Shown: positions 1 through 10,583 of the stretch, piece by piece
Numbering within the stretch: position 1 is the first letter of the stretch
Layout of the letters: every line of letters begins with the position of its first letter
From: Spirochaetia bacterium
Lineage (GTDB): Bacteria; Spirochaetota; Spirochaetia; UBA9216
Assembly (NCBI GenBank): GCA_965140585.1
Contig: OZ223264.1
Location: forward strand, 480,001 to 544,000
Length of the DNA stretch: 64,000 nucleotides
Direction of reading: 5' to 3'
Position numbers and translations under genes: made by a program
The notes under the pieces: model-generated
Seen by the model: only the letters and a program-made list of their open reading frames with translations
The model's database searches: none
Told to the model about the DNA's origin: nothing

Positions 1-1
1 G

Positions 2-454
2 GCCGCCCAGCTTGACCGGTTTTTGATGAGACTGTCGATAGGCTATCCGGATGCTGAATCAGAGTTTCTTATCGTTACCGAAGATCCTTCAGTTAAAACA
101 ATCCCTTCACTCAGCCCGGTCTGCACAGGAAAGACAATAACTGCAGTCCAGAATACGGCCGGGGAGATCTACTGTCATCCCGAACTCATAAAAGCGGTTA
201 TTTCAGCCGTTTCACAGACCAGGGCAAAAAAAGAAATAGAACTGGGCGCCTCACCGAGGGGCTCACTCATGCTGATAAAATCGGCAAAGGCTCTCGCGCT
301 GCTCCGCGGAAGAGACCATGTTGTCGATCAGGATATCATTGACCTCGCAGTACCTGTTCTCGCGCACAGGATAGTAATGAAAAAGAGGGAAAGTGGAAGT
401 CGCGAAATGATAAGGGAACTGATAATTGGCAGTCTTGATAAAATCAATTACTAA
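2..454 (+). CDS. moxR: MoxR-family AAA+ ATPase, C-terminal part (5' truncated by window edge)
   Basis: Frame open from base 2: AAQLDRFLMRLSIGYP ... LGASPRG ... PVLAHRI, typical MoxR C-terminal motifs; followed by DUF58 and transglutaminase genes. Confidence 0.92.
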   Translation, partial: AAQLDRFLMRLSIGYPDAESEFLIVTEDPSVKTIPSLSPVCTGKTITAVQNTAGEIYCHPELIKAVISAVSQTRAKKEIELGASPRGSLMLIKSAKALALLRGRDHVVDQDIIDLAVPVLAHRIVMKKRESGSREMIRELIIGSLDKINY

Positions 455-1723
455 AACTGGCACAGGTTTTTTTTTGCCTCGCTGGTATTTCTGATCACTG
501 GACTTATCCGCATTGAAATGGGAACCATACTGTTGGGCAGCGGGTTTCTCTTTCTTTTTCTTTACTCATTCACCGGAACAGTAATACAGTATCTGACTCT
601 TAAAAAAAGCATACGGCATGGAATACGGCTTTACGGTCCTGAACTTCCGGTCACCTGCGGCGAAGAAACAATCTTCAGATATGAAGCTATGCCTCCGTCT
701 TTTCTGATGCCCGGATTCTACTGCAGGCTGACTGCCGAGCTTGCTTGGATGAACAGGCTTATCCGTTTAAGCCGTCCTCTCGGCCCCGGGCAGGAACCTT
801 CCGGAAGTATAAGCGCAGTCCCGGAACAGAGGGGAGCCTATACCTGCAGCAGCTGCGGTATAGAAACAGGCGATATCCCCGGCTTTTTTAGACTTAAACT
901 TGAGACCGGCTGTGAGTGTCCGGTTGATGTTAACCTGCTTTCTGAAGTAAATACCATTACTGAAAGACCTCCGGCACGGGGTGGAGTAACATCAGCCAGA
1001 GTCAGTCGGAAAAAGCGCAATGAAGATATGATTGAGTCACGGGCCTACTACCCGGGTGATGATATAAGACGGCTGAACTGGAAGCAGTTTGCCCATTCCG
1101 GTGAGCTGTTTATCCGGATAGGCGAGGAAGTTCCTCTGCCTGAAGAGCGTCTTCTGCTGGTTGCGGATCTAAGCTGCTGCTTTGAACCGGATGGAGAGTA
1201 CCGTGATCTTCTTGATATCTACCTTGATGAGACCGTCGGAAAGCTTATGAGCATGTGCAGACTCTACGGTGATGCCGGGATTGAAGTGAATCTTGCTGTT
1301 TATCCGCAGGCACCTGTTATTCCGACAGAAAAACTGTATCCGGGTCTATGGTGGTCCGCTGCCGGCGCCGGGGAGGCTGTATCAGCAGACAGGCCTGTCT
1401 TTGCAGACAGTTTTAAAAACTGGAATGCCGATAGGCGTTTTAAGAGCGCGGTACTGCTTACAACTGCTGTCACAAGGGATGCTGCCGGGGTAGCGCGCAG
1501 AATGAATAAGGCAGGCCTTGATGTGCATCCGGTGATCAGTCTTAAGGCCGGAGACAGCAGGGACTACAAACGCAGCCTGCTTAGCTCTGTTCTTTTCAGA
1601 AAGCTGGCGGAAGAGAAGCTGGCGGGGAAGCTTAAGCAGCAGAGCCTCTCTGTGAACAGCAGAGCACAGGCTGTCGGAGCGGAATTGTCTGCCGCAGGAG
1701 GCCGATTTGTCAGGTTTTTCTAA
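435..1723 (+). CDS. DUF58-domain protein, apparent frameshift in T9 tract 467-475 (ORF track start 518)
   Basis: RAYYPGDDIRRLNWKQFA motif. TTG at 435 gives MIKSITKTGTGFF, which joins FASLVFLITGLIRIEMG (frame of 518) if one T is added, restoring an N-terminal TM segment. Confidence 0.8.
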
Positions 1724-4700
1724 AAACGAAGCTCTTGTTTTTACTTTCCGCGTCACTGCCCAGTTCGTTCTGATTATAATAGGCTTCCGGTTTCTTTATG
1801 ATATAGCATCTCCTGTGATTTTTATTTCCGGCTTTGCCGCTGCAGCCGTCGGAGGTTTTCTCGGCGGCCGGAGCAGTCTGCGTTTTGTATCTGCTTTACT
1901 CGGGGCTGGAGCCCTGTTCTTTATAATCAGGTTTATCTATATCTTTATTTCAGACCGTTTTGCCGCGGCGTCTTTAAATCCGGCATATGATTTTGGCGGG
2001 ATCTTTTTTGATTCGTCTTTTATACCGCTCTTTATCCCGATGCTGTATATATGGGCAGGCGGTTTTCTTTCATCCCGCGGCCGGATATTTCTTATTCTCG
2101 AACTGGCAGCGAACTCGCTAATTCTTTCTGCTCTTCTCTGGTCTCAGGCCGGATATAGACTGACAATTTTCCCCCATCAGGGCTACCTTGCGCTTATCTG
2201 TGTTATTTATATCATAGCAGAGGTTCTTGTGATTGTTTTTTCCGGTCCGGAGGGGGAGACCGCTTTTATTCAGCGCTTTCTGCCCTTTCTTCTTACAGTG
2301 ATTCCGGCCATAATTCTTGTTCTGTTTCTGATTCTCGGAAGTTATTCGGATGGTGCAGCCAGAGAAGGCGGGGGATTAATGAAGCCGACTCTCTTCCGCT
2401 TTGACTTTTCAGACTATGTGAAGCTTGAAAGTGAGATTTCAATGAATACCGATCTGGTAATGCTGTTCAGAAACTACGGCTATCTCAATTCGGTGTACCT
2501 GCGGCGCTACTACCTTTCCGGATACCGGGAGGAGCGCGGCTTTTATATCCAGACAGGTCCCGGAGAACAGGAGCAGCTGACTGTGCTGCCCGACAGACCG
2601 TCAGTAACCAATGCCGAGCGCTATCCAAAGCGGATAACCGCCGAGCAGGAATATTTTATTCTTAACTTTGATCCCTCATCACTTATTGCAATCAACTACC
2701 CTGTCGAGATAACACCGCTTACCAACTGGGACGGTTCTTCATTCCTGAGAAATTACCGGGCTGTTTCCGATGCAATTGAACTGCCTTCATGGGATCTCAT
2801 GGATGCGGGAATGCTTCCAATGTCCGACCGGCTGTACAGCTTCTACACTGAATACGGCGATGATGAAGCAATCCGTGAACTTGCGGAAGAGGTGACCGAA
2901 GGCCTGGACCTCTACTACGACAAGGTGATGGCGATAATGTATTATCTGCGTGATAACTATTATTATTCGCTTAAACCCGGCGTAGCTGTCGATGGTAACC
3001 AGCTTGACTACTTTCTCTTCGACAGCAAAAAAGGATACTGTTCATACTTTGCATTTTCAATGGCGCTGATGTGCAGAAGTCTGGGAATCCCTGCCAGGGT
3101 CGCCGCCGGATTTTATATCGATCCCCAGTCCGGTATCCTGAACGTTTACCCTGTAAGGGCTGATATGGCGCACGCCTGGGTTGAAGTCCCCTTTGAGCAA
3201 TTCGGCTGGGTGGAATTTGACCCGACCTCAGAAACTGTGGCTCCCGGTGAAGAGCTTGAGTTCTGTTCGATTAATCCGGATGAATACTCATCATATGTTG
3301 AAGAAATATTTGAAAATGAATACAGCCTTGCAGAGAGTCCTGATGATGAGCCGGATGCTGCTGATACTCATGGGCTCAGCCTTCAGGCTGTTATCCGTTA
3401 CGCGGCTGCAAAGTGGCCCTTTATACTGGCAGGCCTTTATATTTTTACAGTATTGGCCGTACATCTTTCCGCTCTTATAAGAATCAGGTTTAATTCCTGT
3501 CGGAAAAAGGCACGAGCTGTCTTCAGGAGGGCTTCAGCATGGGCTTCGGCTTCCGGGGGCTTCCGTTACTCAGACGAGAGCATTCATGAATATGCAGTGC
3601 GCACAGAATCAAAAACCGGCCTTTGCTTCACCGTTCTTGCGGATTCCTACCTGTCTTCGGTATTTTCCGACAGCTATACTGATGCTGATGCAGAGGCTCT
3701 TGATTCATCATGGAAAGCCTTTCGCATCAGTCTTAAAAATGTTTCTATTTTTAAACGCATCCTTTTTATTCTTTTTCCGTTCCGGAGACTCCGAAGCAAG
3801 CGTATTACAGCCCTCGTTCTTGTTTTAGCCGCGCTGATGCTGCCAGTATCACATTTGGAAGCTCAGGATTTCGTGGATAATTCCCCGGGGGAACAGAGCG
3901 GAGCCGCACCGGATGCCGGCTGGTATATTGATATGGCCGGTAGGGAGATGGATGCTGAAAATTATGAGGCGGCTCTCAGACTGCTTAAAGAAGGGGCTTC
4001 TGAATACCCGCAGAGCGCGGAAATATATACCGAGCTTGGGACACTTTATCAGGATCGTGAATTGTACAACATGTCGGTTGAAAACTATAACCGTGCTCTT
4101 GAAATAAATCCGCTGGATTCTGAAATCCTCTATATGCGTTCGGTTTCAGAGGGGCTGTTAAACCATGATGCCGAGTCGACTGCCAGTCTGGAACAGGTGC
4201 TCAGCCTTGACCCTGAAAATTTCGAAGCCATTGCAGATCTGGGCTGGATGTATTTTAAAACCTTCAGGCTTAATTCCGCAGAGGCTCTTCTTCTGGATGC
4301 TGTTGAACGATTTCCCGATTCCCCCATCCTGTATATGACGCTTGGAACAGTGTATTCGGGCAAGTATGACTATGATAATTCCAGACTGAATTATCAGAAG
4401 GCGATTGATTTAGCTCTTAACGAAGGATGGAGCTACTTTGCCTCGGTTTCCTATTACAATCTGTCGCTGCTTGAACATGGTTTTTATCACTATCAGGAGT
4501 CAATGGATCTTACAAACATGTCAATTGAAACCTCGGAACGTGCACCCGGCTACATTGCCAGAGCTGAGCTGTTCACACGTAAGCTTGATTTTACCAATGC
4601 CTTTCTTAATTATCAGAGGGCTTATATTCTGGACTCTACCCCGCTTGCCCTTATGGGCTATGCTGATCTCTACCTTACCTTCGGCCTGCTTGATGAAGCC

Positions 4701-5615
4701 CTGTCGCACATTAATGAGGTACTCAACCGCAGTGATGATTCATGGATGTACTATTTCGGTGTGGACCGGGACAGGCATCTGATGGAGGTGGACAGAATCC
4801 TTGCGGGGATTTACGAGGGCCTGGCATACCGTACCGAAGGAATGCCGGAGACTGGATTCGCACTGCTGGGGAAGCTGTTCCAGGGTATGAAATACAGGAT
4901 GCTTTCATGGTTTCACGACCGCAGATACCGGAAAGCCTCCTTCACTGTCGGCAGCCAGAATTATGCGGAGGGTAACAGTCTGGATGCAGCATGGTCCTTC
5001 TACAAGGCTGCAGAGAAATATCCGCGAAAGGCGCTTCCCTATCTTCTGCAGGCTGAGAAGATAGAGACCGCTGTAGCTCCGGAGGCCGAACCCTCCTACC
5101 TGCTTGAGAAGGGCAGGCTTTTATCCGACCCGGTGATGCTCAGCACTGCCGCCGGCAGCTTTGATCCCGACTGGGAGAAGCTTGAATTGTCGGAAGCTCT
5201 GACCGAGCTGATCCCTATAGCTGAAGATTCGGGAAGGCCGGAAATGAGCGATGAAATGGCCTGGCAGCTCTATGAACTCAATCCGGGAATTTTTCTCAAA
5301 ACGGATCTGAAATTTCCGCTTCGGCTTGATTTTGAGCCGGGATTCAGGTTCAGACATATCCTTACATCATCAGGTTTTAATATTTTATCAAATAAATCGG
5401 ATATTCATTACAGATATAGCCTGAAGGCTGCCGATAATCTGACCAGTGGCCGTGTATACCAGCTTGAAGACGGGCTTTCAGGAAGAATTCTGTTTTCAAT
5501 TCCAGTAGAAACCGATTTAAGCAGCAGGCGGGATATTACGGCTTTTGTAAAGAAGTTCAAGGAGAAGCTGTACAAAATATCTGATGAAGCGGATGCTGCT
5601 CTACCATATCAATAA
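1707..5615 (+). CDS. Multi-TM transglutaminase-like (TgpA-like) protein with C-terminal TPR domain
   Basis: Several N-terminal TM helices; GYCSYFA...GIPARVAAGF...AHAWVEV...GWVEFDPT (Cys-His-Asp triad); TPR-like repeats (AEIYTELG...YNRALEINP) after about aa 735. Confidence 0.9.
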   Translation: MSGFSKNEALVFTFRVTAQFVLIIIGFRFLYDIASPVIFISGFAAAAVGGFLGGRSSLRFVSALLGAGALFFIIRFIYIFISDRFAAASLNPAYDFGGIFFDSSFIPLFIPMLYIWAGGFLSSRGRIFLILELAANSLILSALLWSQAGYRLTIFPHQGYLALICVIYIIAEVLVIVFSGPEGETAFIQRFLPFLLTVIPAIILVLFLILGSYSDGAAREGGGLMKPTLFRFDFSDYVKLESEISMNTDLVMLFRNYGYLNSVYLRRYYLSGYREERGFYIQTGPGEQEQLTVLPDRPSVTNAERYPKRITAEQEYFILNFDPSSLIAINYPVEITPLTNWDGSSFLRNYRAVSDAIELPSWDLMDAGMLPMSDRLYSFYTEYGDDEAIRELAEEVTEGLDLYYDKVMAIMYYLRDNYYYSLKPGVAVDGNQLDYFLFDSKKGYCSYFAFSMALMCRSLGIPARVAAGFYIDPQSGILNVYPVRADMAHAWVEVPFEQFGWVEFDPTSETVAPGEELEFCSINPDEYSSYVEEIFENEYSLAESPDDEPDAADTHGLSLQAVIRYAAAKWPFILAGLYIFTVLAVHLSALIRIRFNSCRKKARAVFRRASAWASASGGFRYSDESIHEYAVRTESKTGLCFTVLADSYLSSVFSDSYTDADAEALDSSWKAFRISLKNVSIFKRILFILFPFRRLRSKRITALVLVLAALMLPVSHLEAQDFVDNSPGEQSGAAPDAGWYIDMAGREMDAENYEAALRLLKEGASEYPQSAEIYTELGTLYQDRELYNMSVENYNRALEINPLDSEILYMRSVSEGLLNHDAESTASLEQVLSLDPENFEAIADLGWMYFKTFRLNSAEALLLDAVERFPDSPILYMTLGTVYSGKYDYDNSRLNYQKAIDLALNEGWSYFASVSYYNLSLLEHGFYHYQESMDLTNMSIETSERAPGYIARAELFTRKLDFTNAFLNYQRAYILDSTPLALMGYADLYLTFGLLDEALSHINEVLNRSDDSWMYYFGVDRDRHLMEVDRILAGIYEGLAYRTEGMPETGFALLGKLFQGMKYRMLSWFHDRRYRKASFTVGSQNYAEGNSLDAAWSFYKAAEKYPRKALPYLLQAEKIETAVAPEAEPSYLLEKGRLLSDPVMLSTAAGSFDPDWEKLELSEALTELIPIAEDSGRPEMSDEMAWQLYELNPGIFLKTDLKFPLRLDFEPGFRFRHILTSSGFNILSNKSDIHYRYSLKAADNLTSGRVYQLEDGLSGRILFSIPVETDLSSRRDITAFVKKFKEKLYKISDEADAALPYQ

Positions 5616-7416
5616 AATCCCAGGTTACATTAAGAACGCTGAAATACCTCAGTGGGCAGAGCTGAAGTCTATCGAAAATCTCGAGCAGATAGTTAAAGAA
5701 GAAAATACCGTTACTGCGTTTATTACAACATACCGACAGTTTATTAAACTCAGAAGCAGACTCGGCGAACTTCTCTGCAATGCAAGTGTGCTGATTGCCT
5801 ACCATGACAGGCGTCGTACTGACCTCGACGATGATCCTCTTGTTTTTGATCAGCTCTCAACCCGGAGACTTAAAATATTCCCCCATGTCATTGATAACAT
5901 GTATAAGCGCATGATGATCGAACTGAAGGCGGATGAACTTCAGAAGATAAATAAAAAACTTCTTTCGATCGGAGTAGCTCTATCTGCCGAGCGCGATAAC
6001 AACATCCTGCTTGATGATATCCTGCGTAAAACCCGTGAGATAACAAAGGCTGATGCGGGAAGCCTATATCTCCTAGAAATAAAGCCTGAAGATAACAGTA
6101 AGTGGCTTCTGTTCAAAATTGCGCATAATGATTCAAATCCGAAAGAATACTCTGAATTTAAAATGGAGCTTAATAAGAAATCGATAGCCGGTTATGTTGC
6201 TGAAACCAGTGAAATTCTGAATATTCCGGATGTTTATGAAATATCCGGGGATACTGCCTACTCATTTAACCGGGACTATGATATTGCCACGTCATACCGA
6301 TCAAAGAGTATGCTCACAGTTCCGATGCTCGACCACAACTCCAAGATTATCGGGGTAATCCAGCTTATTAACAGGAAGAAGGATTTTGACTACAGGCTCT
6401 CAACCGACAAGGATTTTACAGATAATGTAATTCCCTTTACCAAAGAGAATGAGGATATAGTTCTCGCACTCGCCGGGCAGGCCGCGGTGTCGCTTGAGAA
6501 CAACATTCTTTACAATGAAATACAGACCCTGTTTAAAGGATTTGTATGGGCTTCGGTAAAGGCTATTGAATCACGGGATCCGACTACAAGCGGTCACTCA
6601 AGCCGTGTTGCCGCATACAGCCTTGCAATAGCCGAAGCTATCAATCAGGACTGCTGCGGTGATTTTGCCGATATAGCCTTTTCTGAAGATCAGCTCAAAG
6701 AGCTTGAGTATGCGGGGCTGCTGCATGATTTCGGCAAGGTAGGTGTCAGTGAGCCAATTCTGATAAAAGCAAAGAAACTCTATCCGGGACAGCTGGAACT
6801 TCTGAAGATGAGATTTGCCTACATCAAAAACCAGCTGATGCAGGAGACCGGCGAGCTTGTCTGGAAAAAGGATATAGACCGGGCGCTTATCACACTCATT
6901 GAAGCGAATGAACCCGGAGTAAGTGTGGAAGAGCTGACGGATGAGCTTGAGGTTTACCGCAGAAGGACATATACAGATGTGGACGGAAAGGTTAAACCAT
7001 GGATTACCAACGAAGAATATGAAATGCTTTTGATTGAAAAGGGTAATCTTAATGAACTTGAACGCCGTGAGATAGAATCGCATGTTGTTCATTCATATGA
7101 GTTTCTTATAAACATTCCCTGGACAGATGCCTTCAAAAACCTTCCGAAAATTGCAAGGGCTCATCATGAAAGAATGGATGGTTCCGGCTATCCGGACGGC
7201 CTTACCGGTGAAGAGATGCCCCTTCAGTCAATGATAATGGCAGTCGCCGACGTATTTGATGCTCTCACCGCAAATGACAGGCCCTATAAACCGGCCATTC
7301 CGGTTAAAACCGCTCTTGATATCCTTAAAGAAGAAGCAGACGCAAACCATCTGAATTCAGATGTTGTAAATATATTTATTGATAAACAAGTTTATAAGCA
7401 GGTCATGGCCAAATGA
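5584..7416 (+). CDS. GAF + HD-GYP cyclic dinucleotide phosphodiesterase
   Basis: GAF (ADAGSLYL...SKSMLTVPM...IGVIQLIN); RDPTTSGHS, LHDFGK, HHERMDGSGYP, AVADVFDAL, DRPYK. Confidence 0.92.
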   Translation: MKRMLLYHINKIPGYIKNAEIPQWAELKSIENLEQIVKEENTVTAFITTYRQFIKLRSRLGELLCNASVLIAYHDRRRTDLDDDPLVFDQLSTRRLKIFPHVIDNMYKRMMIELKADELQKINKKLLSIGVALSAERDNNILLDDILRKTREITKADAGSLYLLEIKPEDNSKWLLFKIAHNDSNPKEYSEFKMELNKKSIAGYVAETSEILNIPDVYEISGDTAYSFNRDYDIATSYRSKSMLTVPMLDHNSKIIGVIQLINRKKDFDYRLSTDKDFTDNVIPFTKENEDIVLALAGQAAVSLENNILYNEIQTLFKGFVWASVKAIESRDPTTSGHSSRVAAYSLAIAEAINQDCCGDFADIAFSEDQLKELEYAGLLHDFGKVGVSEPILIKAKKLYPGQLELLKMRFAYIKNQLMQETGELVWKKDIDRALITLIEANEPGVSVEELTDELEVYRRRTYTDVDGKVKPWITNEEYEMLLIEKGNLNELERREIESHVVHSYEFLINIPWTDAFKNLPKIARAHHERMDGSGYPDGLTGEEMPLQSMIMAVADVFDALTANDRPYKPAIPVKTALDILKEEADANHLNSDVVNIFIDKQVYKQVMAK

Positions 7417-8729
7417 AAGTATTGGGAATTATAAGTTCTGACGGGAACCTTAACAGAAAAATTATGCAGGCTTTTGAGCTAAGCGGGGACAGGTACTATC
7501 GCCTTGAATTTATTTCAAATGATGACGGCATCTATGAATTTATCAACTATGAGCTGCCCGAAATAGTCATAATTAATTTTTCTGATCCCGGTATCAAAGT
7601 GAACGATTTGATTCACCGGCTCGAACAGGATATCTGGCTTCATCATTTTGGAATTATAGGGCTTCATGACCAGGAGCATATTGATGAAGTTGATCTGCTG
7701 AACAAGCTTAAGAATATAAATGTCCTTACCCTCCTGAGCACTTTCAGGCTACGCTCCCATTTGATGAAGAGTGTTGAGATCATCCGGGAGAACTACCAGA
7801 TAATCTTTCAGCGCGGATTTGCGTCGAAGATCATGGAAAGCACCTCCGGATCCTTTTTAATTCCTAATGATATTCTGTCTGTTCCAATTTATGCCGGAAT
7901 TGCCGCGACAACACTCTCCCAGTCCGGTAAGATTGACACAGACTCTAAAATGCACCTTCAGCTGGCACTTGCCGAGCTTATAGTTAACGGAATTGAACAT
8001 GGAAACTGTGAGCTTTCGTATGATGAGAAGACTGTCTTTATGGAAGACGGCGGCAATATTGTTGAACTGATAGCAAGAAAATGCGAAAACACGGAAATTG
8101 CGGCAAAACGGGTTCACCTCGACTGGGAGATGCATAATAACTATACATGTTTTACCATCCGCGATGAGGGAAGGGGTTTTGATGTCTCCGACCTTAATGA
8201 AAAACTCAAAAATCAGGATGAACTGTCCCTTCACGGACGCGGTATCAGAATGGCCATGGCGCTGTGCAGGGAACTATATTATAACAAAACCGGAAATCAG
8301 GTCACGCTCATAATAGACCATGTTGAGCAGGAGGCTCAGCCCTTCCCGATACGGTTTAGAAAAGAAGAGATTCTTGAAGTAGAGAAGGGTGATATAGTTT
8401 TCAGAGAAGGTGAAGAAAGCGACTTTCTTTATTATATAGTTTCCGGTAAATATTATGTCTATCATCGCCGAAAAAAAGTAGGTGAGCTTAATCAAAATGA
8501 TATTTTCATGGGTGAGATGTCATTCCTTCTGAGCAACAAGCGGAACGGTACCATCAAAGCAGCGGAAAAGGGTAAACTCATCAAAATATCGAGAAAGGCT
8601 TTTGTTACCCTTGTTCGTGATTATCCCTATTATGGTATCTTTCTTTCCAGGCTTCTGGCAAAAAGACTTGCCAGATCCAATGATCAGAACGCCCAGCTTA
8701 CGGAGAGACTGAAAAAATTTGAAACTTGA
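7413..8729 (+). CDS. Receiver-like + RsbW-type HATPase (Ser/Thr kinase-like) + cNMP-binding domain protein
   Basis: ELIVNGIEHG, IRDEGRGFD, HGRGIRM (HATPase boxes); IVFREGE...GEMSFLL...RNGTI (cNMP-binding domain); ATGA overlap with upstream gene. Confidence 0.85.
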   Translation: MKVLGIISSDGNLNRKIMQAFELSGDRYYRLEFISNDDGIYEFINYELPEIVIINFSDPGIKVNDLIHRLEQDIWLHHFGIIGLHDQEHIDEVDLLNKLKNINVLTLLSTFRLRSHLMKSVEIIRENYQIIFQRGFASKIMESTSGSFLIPNDILSVPIYAGIAATTLSQSGKIDTDSKMHLQLALAELIVNGIEHGNCELSYDEKTVFMEDGGNIVELIARKCENTEIAAKRVHLDWEMHNNYTCFTIRDEGRGFDVSDLNEKLKNQDELSLHGRGIRMAMALCRELYYNKTGNQVTLIIDHVEQEAQPFPIRFRKEEILEVEKGDIVFREGEESDFLYYIVSGKYYVYHRRKKVGELNQNDIFMGEMSFLLSNKRNGTIKAAEKGKLIKISRKAFVTLVRDYPYYGIFLSRLLAKRLARSNDQNAQLTERLKKFET

Positions 8730-8765
8730 TTTTTGCATTGTTTAGTATAAAAGGTTATTAAAAGT

Positions 8766-10502
8766 ATGTCGGGAGAACTGGATTTTTATATCAGGATATT
8801 TGAAAACTCACAGGACGGGCTTCTTCTTCTTGACCGGAAAGACTGGCGGATAAAGTTTATAAACCAGCGCTTTCTGGAAATGACGGATCTGGAGCTCAAG
8901 TCTGTTCTCGACGATCAGCAGACTTTCCTCTCCAATTTCAAACTGTTCGGAGGTGAGGGAATTGAGCACACCGCCAGTATTAAATCCAGAAAAGGCGAAG
9001 AGTCAAAATTCAAATATACCTACATATCGCAGGGGAAGAACAATGAACTTCTGCTTCTGCGTCTTGAAGAATTTCAGGAAAAGAAGCTCGCTCCATGGAC
9101 GGGTAATGTATACAAGCATCTTTATTACAATCTCCCCGACCCCGTGGTTTCAATGGATATAAGGGGAAATATAATTACAGCAAACCCGGCATTTACCGAA
9201 CTCCTTGGCTGGAATCTTAAGTCGGTCAAGGGTGCCGATGCTCTGTATACCGATAAGGATGCCTTCAACCTCAGAAAAAGAACCCTGGTGGAATCAAGAA
9301 CTGTTTTAAGTCAGACTGCCAGTCTGAAAGCAAAGGACGGCGCTGAAAAGAAGTTTTTTGAAACGATATGGCCGCATTTTGATGAACATTATGATCTTTC
9401 CGGCTACACTGCACATTTTCAGGATCTTTCAAGAGAAGAACTTCTGAAAGCCCAGCTTGATGCAAGTCAGACAAACTATAACAGGCTCTTTGAATACTTC
9501 GCCTCATCCATCGTTATTGTTGATGAACTTGGGATGATTGTGAATATGAACAGTGCTGCCGAAAGCATGTACGGATACAGCAGGGTCGAGGTTCTCGGTG
9601 AAGATTATGACAAGTATTTCTCCGCCGGTTCGGACAGGCCCGATATTCTTGAGATTATAAACCTTACAAGGGAGAACGGCGGAAGGTATGTCGAGATTGG
9701 TATTCCCCGAAAACGTCAGAACGGCGGACTGCTGTATACCTATGTAACTTACTATATCGTAGATTTGAGCGGAGAAGGCATGTTCGCCCTCTTTGTTCTT
9801 GAAAAGGATCTCACAACTAAAATCAGGCTTGAGAAGCAGCTTACCGACTCACTCTATCAGCTTAAGGAAACTCAGGCTGCTGCCATAATGGGGTTTGCCA
9901 AGCTGACCGAGTACCGTGACCACTGTACCGGCGGACATCTTGAACGTGTCCAGGATTATACGAGGGCACTTGCGGAGTCTTTGAGTGAACATTCTGAATA
10001 TATGGGATATATTACTCCGGAATATATAGACGATCTTTCGCTTTCCTCGGTTCTTCATGATATTGGAAAGGTCGGCATCAAGGATTCTGTTCTGCTGAAG
10101 GCCGGAAAATTCTCTGAAGAAGAATTTGAGATGATGAAATCCCACTCCAAGATGGGCGGTGATGCCTTAAGTGTTATTGCCGATGATGTAGGCCATAAAT
10201 CCTTTCTTACAATAGGTAAGGAAGTCGCCTCGTATCATCATGAAAAATGGGATGGAAGCGGATACCCCGAAGGCCTGAAAGGCACTGAAATCCCGCTTTC
10301 TGCCCGAATTGTCGGACTTGCCGATGTCTATGATGCTCTTAGAAGTGAACGTCCGTATAAAAAACCCTTCTCGCATGAAGAAGCAGTCAAACTTATTACC
10401 GAAGAAAGCGGCCGGCATTTCGATCCCGACATTGTTGAAGCCTTTATCAAGTGCAGGGATGAATTCGCCCAGATAAGCGATCTAAAATCCGATGAGGAGT
10501 AG
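8766..10502 (+). CDS. Triple-PAS + HD-GYP phosphodiesterase
   Basis: Three PAS-like segments (FINQRFLEMT, ANPAFTELLGW, MNSAAESMYGY); EYRDHCTGGH, LHDIGK, HHEKWDGSGYP, ADVYDAL, RPYK. Confidence 0.92.
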   Translation: MSGELDFYIRIFENSQDGLLLLDRKDWRIKFINQRFLEMTDLELKSVLDDQQTFLSNFKLFGGEGIEHTASIKSRKGEESKFKYTYISQGKNNELLLLRLEEFQEKKLAPWTGNVYKHLYYNLPDPVVSMDIRGNIITANPAFTELLGWNLKSVKGADALYTDKDAFNLRKRTLVESRTVLSQTASLKAKDGAEKKFFETIWPHFDEHYDLSGYTAHFQDLSREELLKAQLDASQTNYNRLFEYFASSIVIVDELGMIVNMNSAAESMYGYSRVEVLGEDYDKYFSAGSDRPDILEIINLTRENGGRYVEIGIPRKRQNGGLLYTYVTYYIVDLSGEGMFALFVLEKDLTTKIRLEKQLTDSLYQLKETQAAAIMGFAKLTEYRDHCTGGHLERVQDYTRALAESLSEHSEYMGYITPEYIDDLSLSSVLHDIGKVGIKDSVLLKAGKFSEEEFEMMKSHSKMGGDALSVIADDVGHKSFLTIGKEVASYHHEKWDGSGYPEGLKGTEIPLSARIVGLADVYDALRSERPYKKPFSHEEAVKLITEESGRHFDPDIVEAFIKCRDEFAQISDLKSDEE

Positions 10503-10548
10503 ATGAAAGCCTCAATTTTCTAAAAACGCAATAGTCCGAATACTATAG

Positions 10549-10577
10549 TTGACAATTACTTAACCTGGATTTATCCT
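10549..10577 (+). promoter_or_regulatory. sigma70-like promoter, predicted leaderless transcript
   Basis: TTGACA(10549)-17 bp-TATCCT(10572); ATG 6 nt downstream, no SD. Confidence 0.65.
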
Positions 10578-10583
10578 TGCATA

